Shown piece after piece: positions 1 through 7,658 of a DNA stretch of 38,639 nt. This DNA comes from Candidatus Onthoplasma sp. Lineage in GTDB: Bacteria; Bacillota; Clostridia; Christensenellales; UBA1242. Each line of letters opens with the position of its first letter. The stretch's first letter is position 1. The notes beneath the pieces were generated by a model that searched no databases, had not been told where the DNA came from, and saw only the letters and a program-made list of their open reading frames with translations. The stretch lies in the NCBI GenBank assembly GCA_045637745.1, contig JAZUAB010000009.1, positions 1 to 38,639 of the forward strand, given 5' to 3'. The translations under genes were made by a program, and so were the position numbers.

Positions 1-93
1 ACGATAGTGGGTAAATTGACTAGAATCAAATAAATTTTAAATATAATATTTTTAATACAGTAAAATGTTTAAGTGAACCATATAATCAATATC

Positions 94-133
94 AAAAGAA
101 GCAGTAGAATTAGTTACTGCTTTTTATTTTTTT
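94..133. terminator. Bidirectional stem-loop terminator downstream of the recombinase gene
   Basis: GCAGTA (101-106) pairs with TACTGC (115-120) around an 8-nt loop. An A-rich run precedes it and a T-run (121-133) follows. Confidence 0.55.
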
Positions 134-170
134 GATGGATATAGCACAGACCTCCTAAGGGCAAGATATA

Positions 171-767
171 TTATAGAGGACTGCTCGTCTTTAAATATTT
201 ATAAAATGTAGATTTATTCATTTTTAATTTTTGCAAAGCTATGGATAAAGAAATCGCTTTATTTGTATATAACAATACTACCTCTTTATAATTTGATGGC
301 AGCTTATATTTAGGTCTTCCTAAATGTTTGCCTTGCAGTTTTGCAATGCGAATTCCTTCTGCTTGTCGCTTTTTAATATTTTCACGTTCATTTTCAGCAA
401 CAAAGGACAATATTTGTAAAACAATGTCACTAATAAATTTACCTACAAGGTTTTTGCCGTCTATTCTAGTGTCCAACAAAGGCATATCAAGAACAACTAT
501 ATCAACATTAAGCCTATTTACAATATCCTTCCACTCTTCGATAATCATATCATAATTTCTGCCAAGCCTATCAATGCTTTTAATTATAAGTAAATCGCCA
601 CTTTTTAAAAGCGTTTTTAAATTTTGATAATTAGTTCTATCAAAATCTTTGCCACTTTGCTTATCAATAAAAATTTGATTGTCTGATAATCCTTGTTTAT
701 ACATTTCATCCATTTGCCTATCAATGTTTTGATCCCTTGTAGAAACTCTTACATAACCATAATTCAT
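171..767 (-). CDS. Small serine recombinase (resolvase/invertase family) with C-terminal HTH
   Basis: N-terminal YGYVRVSTRDQ catalytic-serine motif, GDLLIIKSIDRLGR, and ENERENIKKRQAEGI. The 198-aa size is typical of Hin/Gin/resolvase enzymes. GTGAGGTG RBS upstream. Confidence 0.9.
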   Translation of the reverse strand: MNYGYVRVSTRDQNIDRQMDEMYKQGLSDNQIFIDKQSGKDFDRTNYQNLKTLLKSGDLLIIKSIDRLGRNYDMIIEEWKDIVNRLNVDIVVLDMPLLDTRIDGKNLVGKFISDIVLQILSFVAENERENIKKRQAEGIRIAKLQGKHLGRPKYKLPSNYKEVVLLYTNKAISLSIALQKLKMNKSTFYKYLKTSSPL

Positions 768-786
768 AAATCACCTCACAAATAAG

Positions 787-795
787 ATTATATCA
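787..795 (-). promoter_or_regulatory. Possible extended -10 element (TGATATAAT on the minus strand) for the recombinase gene
   Basis: ATTATATCA on the plus strand is TGATATAAT on the minus strand, about 20 nt upstream of the recombinase ATG. No clear -35. Confidence 0.3.
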
Positions 796-796
796 A

Positions 797-832
797 ATAA
801 AAAACTCTACGAATGAACATAGAGTTTTTTTG
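797..832. terminator. A/T-flanked hairpin between the recombinase gene and the inverted-repeat segment
   Basis: AACTCT (803-808) pairs with AGAGTT (821-826) around a 12-nt loop, with an A-run before and a T-run after. It could terminate in either direction. Confidence 0.35.
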
Positions 833-837
833 TTTGT

Positions 838-854
838 AAAGGTGTACCTTTATA
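838..854. repeat. Left inverted repeat of the candidate invertible segment
   Basis: AAAGGTGTACCTTTATA is the exact reverse complement of 1034-1050. Its core AAAGGT-GT-ACCTTT is a 6-2-6 palindrome. Confidence 0.85.
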
Positions 855-996
855 CACTCCAAGATCATTCTGATATTGTTGTGTATATTACCGTAAAAAC
901 TGGAATTATTGTAATCATTATAGCACATTTATTAAGGAATTTACATAATTTTTAAAAATTTTTATGCAAAAATTTAAATTTGTATCAAAAATGAAG

Positions 997-1026
997 TTGC
1001 TAAGCGGGTTTTACTCAAGTATAAAT
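997..1026 (+). promoter_or_regulatory. Candidate sigma-A promoter inside the invertible segment, facing the methyltransferase gene
   Basis: TTGCTA (997-1002), a 17-nt spacer, then TATAAAT (1020-1026), about 75 nt upstream of the ATG at 1103. Confidence 0.45.
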
Positions 1027-1033
1027 AGAAGAA

Positions 1034-1050
1034 TATAAAGGTACACCTTT
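1034..1050. repeat. Right inverted repeat of the candidate invertible segment
   Basis: TATAAAGGTACACCTTT is the exact reverse complement of 838-854. Its core is AAAGGT-AC-ACCTTT. Confidence 0.85.
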
Positions 1051-1102
1051 GTGAACTACACCATAAAATCTGGTTAATGTTTTATTAAATTAAGGAGATC
1101 TT

Positions 1103-3124
1103 ATGAGCGAACAACCAGATATAGATATAAAAGAAAATTATATACAATGCTTAGATGATGAACTTTTAAGTATTTTATTAAAAGATAGAAGCTCTGGCAA
1201 AAACATTATCTGGGCTACAGATGTATATGCGGAAAAAGGGTCTTCTTACGATAGCCAAGAGCCTATAACTGTAAAACTTATTACTGGAAGATTTGGAAAA
1301 GTAATCCGTCCTAGAACAGATAAATCAAAGAAAGAACAACAAATAAGAATAAAAGATAAGGCCGAAGTATTTACTCCTTCTTGGATTTGTAATGAAATGA
1401 ATAACCATATCAACGATGAATGGTTTGAAAGAAAAAATATTTTCAACACATCTAATGAAAAGCAGTGGACAACTAACGAAAGTAAAATTAAATTCTCAAA
1501 TGAAGAAGGTAAAACTTGGAAAGATTATGTGCAACTAAAAGTTCTAGAAATATCGTGTGGTGAAGCACCTTTCTTGGTTAGTAGATACGATACTACAACT
1601 GGTCAATGGATAAATGTAGGTGAACGTATTGGTGCTCTTGATAGAAAATTAAGGGTTGTTAATGAAAATACAAACACGGAGCCCGAATGGTATGAATGGG
1701 CTTTAAATGCTATTAAGTCAACCTTTGGTTACGAATGGCAAGGCGATAGTTTGCTTATTGCTAGAGAAAATATACTATTTACATTTATAGATTACTATAT
1801 GGATAGATTTAAAAACTTCCCAATTAAAGAATATTTAATAGAAATTGCCAAAATTCTATCTTGGAATATTTGGCAAATGGATGGTCTGAAATATGTAGTT
1901 CCAAATTCATGTAAGCCAAAACAAGAAAGGCAAATATCTTTATTCCAAGATGAAAAGTGTGAGCCTTGTGTAGGTTGCTTAAAAAATGATAATGGAAAAC
2001 ATATTGGAACTTACTGCAAAATAATGAATTGGGACACAAAAAGAACTATTAAGTTTTATAAAGGAGAAAAACGAATGAAATTTGATTTTGTAATTGGAAA
2101 TCCACCTTATCAAGAAAATATTAAAGATCGAAGTGAACAGCCCCCAGTCTATCATTTTTTCTATGATGCTTCTTTCTCAATAGGTAAAAAAGTATGTTTG
2201 ATTACACCTGCTAGATTTTTATTCAATGCTGGCAAAACTCCTAAAAACTGGAATGAAAAAATTTTATCAGATACTCACTTTAAGGTTATTAAATATGAGG
2301 AAAACTCCAGATTAGTTTTTCCTTCTGTTGAAATAAAGGGAGGCGTTGCAATAACATATAGAGATGAAAATAAAGAGTTTGGTGCTATTGGAAGCTTCTT
2401 AAAAAATGATGTTATGTCTTATATTTTAAATAAGGTAAAAATATATTCTAATAGCTATCTTAATTCTATAATTTATTCTAATACAAGCTACAAGTATACA
2501 AAATATTTAAAAGAAGATTATCCAGAATATTTCATTAAAGATAAAGATGGAAAATCTATCCTTTCTGGTGGATCTGCCAGATATCTAGCGTCATCAGTTT
2601 TTGAAAAATTACCAAACCTATTTTGTAAATCGATACCTAAAGGTTCTAACCATTATATTAAGATTTTAGGAAGAAAAGATAACCACAGGTCAGAACAATA
2701 TATAAAATCAAAATATATAAATCCACCCGACAATTTTACTCTATACAAAGTGTTTATTTCAAGTTCAAATGGAACCGGTGAATTTGGTGAAGTTTTAACG
2801 ACTCCATTTGTAGTAGAACCTAATGTGGGTGCAACTGAGACATTTGTTAGTATTGGTGCTTTTAAATATAAGTTTGAAGCCGATAATCTTGTAAAGTATT
2901 TAAAGACAAAATTTGCCAGAGCATTGCTTGGGACTCTTAAAGTTACTCAAGGAAATAAGAATTCTGATGTGTGGAAAAATGTTCCTCTTCAAGACTTTAC
3001 TGATAAATCAGATATTGATTGGGCAAAATCAATCCATGAAATAGATTTGCAACTTTATTCTAAATATGGATTAGATGAAAAAGAAATTTCCTTTATCGAA
3101 ACACATGTAAAGGAGATGAATTAG
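1103..3124 (+). CDS. N6-adenine DNA methyltransferase (gamma-class motif order, Eco57I/TaqI-like) with a C-terminal target-recognition-like region
   Basis: EVFTPSW (motif X-like), VLEISCGEAPFLV (motif I-like) and FVIGNPPYQ (motif IV, NPPY at 2099-2110). A Cys cluster CEPCVGC...C lies between motifs I and IV. AAGGAG RBS. Confidence 0.8.
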   Translation: MSEQPDIDIKENYIQCLDDELLSILLKDRSSGKNIIWATDVYAEKGSSYDSQEPITVKLITGRFGKVIRPRTDKSKKEQQIRIKDKAEVFTPSWICNEMNNHINDEWFERKNIFNTSNEKQWTTNESKIKFSNEEGKTWKDYVQLKVLEISCGEAPFLVSRYDTTTGQWINVGERIGALDRKLRVVNENTNTEPEWYEWALNAIKSTFGYEWQGDSLLIARENILFTFIDYYMDRFKNFPIKEYLIEIAKILSWNIWQMDGLKYVVPNSCKPKQERQISLFQDEKCEPCVGCLKNDNGKHIGTYCKIMNWDTKRTIKFYKGEKRMKFDFVIGNPPYQENIKDRSEQPPVYHFFYDASFSIGKKVCLITPARFLFNAGKTPKNWNEKILSDTHFKVIKYEENSRLVFPSVEIKGGVAITYRDENKEFGAIGSFLKNDVMSYILNKVKIYSNSYLNSIIYSNTSYKYTKYLKEDYPEYFIKDKDGKSILSGGSARYLASSVFEKLPNLFCKSIPKGSNHYIKILGRKDNHRSEQYIKSKYINPPDNFTLYKVFISSSNGTGEFGEVLTTPFVVEPNVGATETFVSIGAFKYKFEADNLVKYLKTKFARALLGTLKVTQGNKNSDVWKNVPLQDFTDKSDIDWAKSIHEIDLQLYSKYGLDEKEISFIETHVKEMN

Positions 3125-3125
3125 T

Positions 3126-6100
3126 ATGCGAAAGATTAAATTACAAACTTCTGAGAAAGTTGCTCCTATGATCTACGCATATACCACTCCAGGTGTTGTG
3201 TATCATGATGGATGGACTAAGATTGGTTATACTGAAAGAGATGTTGATACTAGAATTAAAGAGCAAACTCAAACTGCGGATATCAAGGCAAAAAAGGAAT
3301 GGCAAGACCTGGCAATCTTTGCAGACGGCAAAACAAGGTTTACAGATAAAGAATTTCACTCATACCTTGCAAAGAACGATATAAAACGAAAAGATCCTCA
3401 ACCTGATACTGAAGGATGCCCAGAATGGTTTTATATTAGCGGTGAGGCGTCTTATGCCCTATTTGGAAAGTTTAGAAGAGATTTGGGTGTGTTGCAAACA
3501 TTGGGCGTTGTGCCTTATGTATTAAGAAATGAACAAAAACAAGCGGTGAATCAAACAAAAAATTATTTTTTAGATGATTCTAACAAAACAGAATTCCTTT
3601 GGAATGCAAAACCTCGATTTGGCAAAACATTGTCAACCTACGACCTATGTAAGTCCTTGCCAAATGTACATAAAATTTTAATTGTTACCAATAGACCAGC
3701 CATTGCAAATTCTTGGTACGATGATTATGTTAAATTTTTAGGTACAGAATCTGGTTACTATTTTGTAAGTAATGTTGACGCTTTGAAAACAAGAAAATAT
3801 GTTTTAAGCAGAGAAAAATACCTGGATAATCTATCATCACTACCTAATCATAAAGGATGCATTGAATTTGTTTCATTACAAGATTTAAAGGGCTCTATTT
3901 ATTTTGGAGTAACAGGCGGACATGATAAGTTAAGAGAAGTGGCGGAACTTGAATGGGATGTTTTAGTTATTGATGAGGCTCATGAAGGTGTTGATACCTA
4001 CAAAACTGACGTAGCGTTTGACCGGATAAAAAGAAGATATACGCTACATTTATCTGGAACACCCTTTAAGGCATTGGCTAATGAAAAATTTCCAGCAAAA
4101 GCAATATACAACTGGACTTATGCCGATGAGCAAAAAGCCAAACAGGAATGGGATTCAACTAGTGAAGAGGAAAACCCATATGCCAATCTTCCACAATTAA
4201 ATTTATTCACCTACAAAATGTCAGATATTGTTAGAGATAAAGTAGAACAAGGTGCTGACTTTGATGAGGATGGACAAAATGAAGCATTTTGCTGGGATTT
4301 AAATGAATTCTTTGAAACTAATGCAAATGGTGAATTTGTTCATGATTCTGCAGTAGATAAATTTTTAGATGCTTTAACAGTACAAGAAAAATTCCCATTT
4401 TCAACTAATGATTTACGTGCAGAATTAAAACATACACTATGGCTACTTAAATATGTTAGCAGTGCCAAAGCTCTTGCTAAAAAATTGCAACGTCATGAAG
4501 TGTTTAAAAACTATAAGATAGTTCTTGCTGCTGGCGATGGGAAGTTAGACAACGAAGGAAATTCAGAAAATGTGTATGCATTAGACAAAAATCTTAAAAA
4601 CTCTTATGATAAAGTTGTTGATGCTATTAAAAATTATTCAAGAACTATAACTATCTCTGTTGGTCAGTTAACTACTGGTATTACAATTCCAGAATGGACT
4701 GCTGTAATGATGCTTTCTAATGTAAAAAGCCCATCACTTTATATGCAATCTGCTTTCAGAGCCCAAAATCCATGTTTATTTAATGAAAATGGTTATAGCC
4801 TACGCAAGCAAAATGCATATGTGTTTGACTTTGATCCAGCTAGAACCTTAAACATTGTTGAAGAGTTCGCAAATGATCTTATTGCCGACACTGCTAATGG
4901 CAGAGGTGACACTAATGCCAGAAAACAAAATGTAAAAGAACTACTAAACTTCTTCCCTGTATATGGTGAAGATGACGAAGGCGAAATGATAGAACTTGAT
5001 GCGGAAAAGGTTCTTTCAATGCCTCGTGCAATACACGCAAAAGAAGTTGTAAGACGTGGGTTTATGAGTAATTTCCTATTTCAGAACATTGGAAATATAT
5101 TTAATGCACCAAAAGAAGTTATTGATATTATACAAAAATTTGATCCAGTTAAAGAGCCTGTTGGGGTTAAAGAAGATACAAAGAACGATTTAAATATTGA
5201 TGACAATGGAAATATCATAATTCCTGAAAAACAAATAATTGGAACTGCTAATGATATTTTTGGTGAAAAGATATATGGCGATATTGAAGCAAGCTTAATA
5301 AATTCAGTAGAAGCTATACAAGAAAATACATTATCTGGTAAAAAAGATGAAAAATTAAATTTATTATTAAAAGAATTTCATACAAACATTACTGATACAC
5401 TTGTTAATACAGCAAAGGCAAATTATGGCAACAATCTGTCAAAATCAACACAACAAGCGTTAGTAAGAAAAATTAATACTACTACCGACATGTTGATAAG
5501 AAAACAATTTGCTGATTATCAAATTAACAGTAATCAACTTGAAAATGAAAGAATAAAAGAGATTGAGCAAGCAAAACAATCTGGAAATTCTAACAATATA
5601 CAACAAATTAACATTAATTTTGATGAGAAGAAAAAGCAAATAGAATCAACTTTTAAGTCTTCAATTCAATCGGAAATTAAAAATATTATAGAAAACACAG
5701 GCAAAACCATTGCTGAAACTGTTGAAAAAGACAACAAAGAAAAACAAAAAAATTCAATAATGGATAATGTTAGAGACCATTTAAGAGGGTTTTCAAGAAC
5801 TATTCCTTCATTTATTATGGCTTATGGAGATGAAAATACAACACTTGAAAATTTTGACACAATAATACCAGATGAAGTATTTAAGGAAGTTACCAGTATT
5901 TCGCTTGATGAGTTTAGAAGACTTAGAGATGGTTTTGATTATACCGATGAGAATGGAAAACAAAATCATTATAATGGGTTCTTTGATTCGATTGTATTTA
6001 ACGACTCCATTAAAGAGTTCTTAAAGAAAAAAGAGGAACTTTCAAATTATTTTGACGATAATTCTAAGGGAGATATATTCGACTATATCCCACCTCAAAA

Positions 6101-6497
6101 AACAAATCAAATCTTTACTCCTAAAAAGGTCGTTCAAGAAATGGTTGATAATTTAGAAAAAGAAAACCCAGGATGTTTTGATAATCCAGACCATACATTT
6201 ATTGATTTATATATGAAATCTGGATTATATATGGCTGAAATAGTAAAACGCCTTTTTAGAAGCAGTAAAATGAAAGAATTATATCCAGACGAGAATAAAA
6301 GACTAGAGCATATTTTTGAAAAACAAGTATTTGGTCTTGCTCCAACAGAAATCATTTATAAAATTGCAGAATCCTTTATTTTAGGATTTGCAAAAGATAA
6401 AGGCATAACTAAACATAATTTAAAACATTTTGACGCTTTACCAGATGCTCAAAACGGAACACTTGAATCAAAACTAGATGAGATTTTTAATAAATAA
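3126..6497 (+). CDS. Multidomain protein: N-terminal T5orf172/GIY-YIG-like domain, SF2 (DEAH) helicase/translocase, Asn/Lys/Gln-rich linker, C-terminal methyltransferase-like domain lacking NPPY. Putative restriction/defence subunit.
   Basis: N-terminus WTKIGYTERDVDTRIKEQ...PEWFYI. Walker A PRFGKT (GKT at 3621-3629), VLVIDEAHEG (DEAH at 3972-3983), LSGTPF, QLTTGITIPEW and QSAFRAQNP. The tail from 6111 reads IFTPKKVVQEMV...FIDLYMKSGLY...VFGLAPTEI. The ATG lies 1 nt after the upstream stop codon. Confidence 0.8.
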   Translation: MRKIKLQTSEKVAPMIYAYTTPGVVYHDGWTKIGYTERDVDTRIKEQTQTADIKAKKEWQDLAIFADGKTRFTDKEFHSYLAKNDIKRKDPQPDTEGCPEWFYISGEASYALFGKFRRDLGVLQTLGVVPYVLRNEQKQAVNQTKNYFLDDSNKTEFLWNAKPRFGKTLSTYDLCKSLPNVHKILIVTNRPAIANSWYDDYVKFLGTESGYYFVSNVDALKTRKYVLSREKYLDNLSSLPNHKGCIEFVSLQDLKGSIYFGVTGGHDKLREVAELEWDVLVIDEAHEGVDTYKTDVAFDRIKRRYTLHLSGTPFKALANEKFPAKAIYNWTYADEQKAKQEWDSTSEEENPYANLPQLNLFTYKMSDIVRDKVEQGADFDEDGQNEAFCWDLNEFFETNANGEFVHDSAVDKFLDALTVQEKFPFSTNDLRAELKHTLWLLKYVSSAKALAKKLQRHEVFKNYKIVLAAGDGKLDNEGNSENVYALDKNLKNSYDKVVDAIKNYSRTITISVGQLTTGITIPEWTAVMMLSNVKSPSLYMQSAFRAQNPCLFNENGYSLRKQNAYVFDFDPARTLNIVEEFANDLIADTANGRGDTNARKQNVKELLNFFPVYGEDDEGEMIELDAEKVLSMPRAIHAKEVVRRGFMSNFLFQNIGNIFNAPKEVIDIIQKFDPVKEPVGVKEDTKNDLNIDDNGNIIIPEKQIIGTANDIFGEKIYGDIEASLINSVEAIQENTLSGKKDEKLNLLLKEFHTNITDTLVNTAKANYGNNLSKSTQQALVRKINTTTDMLIRKQFADYQINSNQLENERIKEIEQAKQSGNSNNIQQININFDEKKKQIESTFKSSIQSEIKNIIENTGKTIAETVEKDNKEKQKNSIMDNVRDHLRGFSRTIPSFIMAYGDENTTLENFDTIIPDEVFKEVTSISLDEFRRLRDGFDYTDENGKQNHYNGFFDSIVFNDSIKEFLKKKEELSNYFDDNSKGDIFDYIPPQKTNQIFTPKKVVQEMVDNLEKENPGCFDNPDHTFIDLYMKSGLYMAEIVKRLFRSSKMKELYPDENKRLEHIFEKQVFGLAPTEIIYKIAESFILGFAKDKGITKHNLKHFDALPDAQNGTLESKLDEIFNK

Positions 6498-6526
6498 GAA
6501 CGGACTAACTATCCGTTCTTTTTTAT
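6497..6526 (+). terminator. Rho-independent terminator of the methyltransferase/helicase operon
   Basis: AGAACGGA pairs with TCCGTTCT (8-bp stem, 7-nt loop), followed by a T-run, starting immediately at the stop codon. Confidence 0.8.
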
Positions 6527-6580
6527 TGGATTATTCACTCACGCGTGCGTTATCTATTATATATATTACAAAATAGTTAA

Positions 6581-6631
6581 CCGTCATAGTGTCATATCCG
6601 TCATTAGATGACAGTAGTGACAGTATGACAG
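6581..6631. repeat. Extended imperfect palindrome built from 3 GTCAT and 3 ATGAC/GTGAC elements
   Basis: GTCAT at 6583, 6591 and 6600 mirrors ATGAC/GTGAC at 6608, 6617 and 6625. The elements are exactly symmetric about position 6606. ACGCGTG copies flank the region at 6541 and 6646. Confidence 0.75.
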
Positions 6632-6690
6632 ATATTATATTATTACGCGTGTGCATGCGCATAAGACTCCGATAACTAAATAATTTGTTG

Positions 6691-6720
6691 AGAGAAGATA
6701 TAAATACTTCTCTTTTTATT
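6691..6720 (+). terminator. Second stem-loop terminator, after the palindrome region
   Basis: AGAGAAG (6691-6697) pairs with CTTCTCT (6707-6713) around a 9-nt loop, followed by TTTTTATT. Confidence 0.6.
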
Positions 6721-6734
6721 TGAAAAATATTTTT

Positions 6735-7590
6735 CGAACGGACAAATGCAGTCCGAACGGAATTTATAAAATAATTGTGAATTTTGTTTTCGATATGCCA
6801 AATGGTGGCATATCGAAAATTTTAAAATAAATTTGTCCGATGCACCAAACGTGTGTGCATCGGGATTATTAAAATTTATTTATAACCTGCCCAAATGGTG
6901 GGCAAGTTAGTTTGTTAAAATACCTATAGATTCAAATAAAGTAATAAAAATTCCCCGTATCACAAGCCGTGTGTGATGCGACAATTATATATTTTATTTG
7001 TAAAATATCCCTTGCAGTATCAAATGGTGCTACAGCGAAATTGTTAAAATTTAATTGCAACGTGTCCAAATGGTGGACACATTAACATTGTAAAATGTTT
7101 TCCGATACGACAAATAGTGTCGGAACGAGAATATTAAAATCTTGAAAAATAATCCCGTTACACCAAATGTTGGTGGATCGGTCTTAGTAAAATGAAGGAG
7201 GAATTTATGAAAAAGTTTTCAAAATATTTCCCGAGTGTTCAAACGATGAACAGGCGGGATTAGTAAAATACTTAAAAATAATTCCGTATTGGCAAATGGT
7301 GTCAATGCGAAAGTATTAAAATTCTTAAAAAATATTTCCCGTGTTATCAAATGGTGATAATACGGCTCTAGTAAAATAACTATAAAAATATTCTCCGTAT
7401 TGGCAAATGGTGTCCCAACGGGAGTGATAAAATTTCATTAAAAAGATTTCCCGATGTGCAAAATGCTTGCACAACGGGATTGCTAGAATGAGATAAATTT
7501 TAGGTGTATCAAAGGTTGATATACCTAGTTAACTAGAATAATTACATAACCAAATAAAAATTGGTTTTACCGATGGACTGCAGCCGTCGT
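6735..7590 (+). repeat. Tandem array of about 16 hairpin units (spacing 44-76 bp, mostly about 46-57) with conserved loop and flanks and covarying stems
   Basis: Unit consensus is (T)CCCG-N-variable arm-CAAATGGTG-complementary arm-N-CGGG(A), then TAAAAT/TAGAAT, then an A/T-rich spacer. One example is a perfect 14-bp stem at 6787-6800/6806-6819 with loop AATGG. Hairpin centres lie near 6747, 6803, 6850, 6896, 6968, 7025, 7071, 7115, 7168, 7244, 7297, 7352, 7408, 7464, 7514 and 7579. Confidence 0.85.
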
Positions 7591-7658
7591 TAAAATATAG
7601 CTAAAGTTAAGAACTGATCAATCTTAATGTAGGCACAAAATCTAAAAAAGGAGAAAAA

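Noticed and set aside
328-555. 75-aa plus-strand ORF inside the recombinase gene. The same applies to similar short ORFs antisense to larger genes, such as 1246-1449, 1824-2039, 3141-3359, 6134-6355, 8048-8269, 10122-10343, 10900-11130, 15383-15586, 17069-17281, 19139-19459, 23329-23643, 24166-24462 and 25952-26341.
   Set aside because: These are shadow ORFs on the opposite strand or in alternative frames of well-supported genes. They have low-complexity or hydrophobic translations and no RBS.
7207-7263. 18-codon micro-ORF (MKKFSKYFPSVQTMNRRD) with a strong GAAGGAGG RBS inside the hairpin array, overlapping unit 10
   Set aside because: It is a single occurrence with no paralogous frame in the other units, and it cannot be told apart from chance in AT-rich sequence. 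It is worth a look only if ribosome-profiling data exist.
6735-7590. Hairpin array considered as a CRISPR array
   Set aside because: There is no constant 24-40 nt repeat alternating with unique spacers. The conserved parts are short (CCCG, CAAATGGTG, CGGG, TAAAAT), the variable parts are self-complementary, and no cas genes are present.
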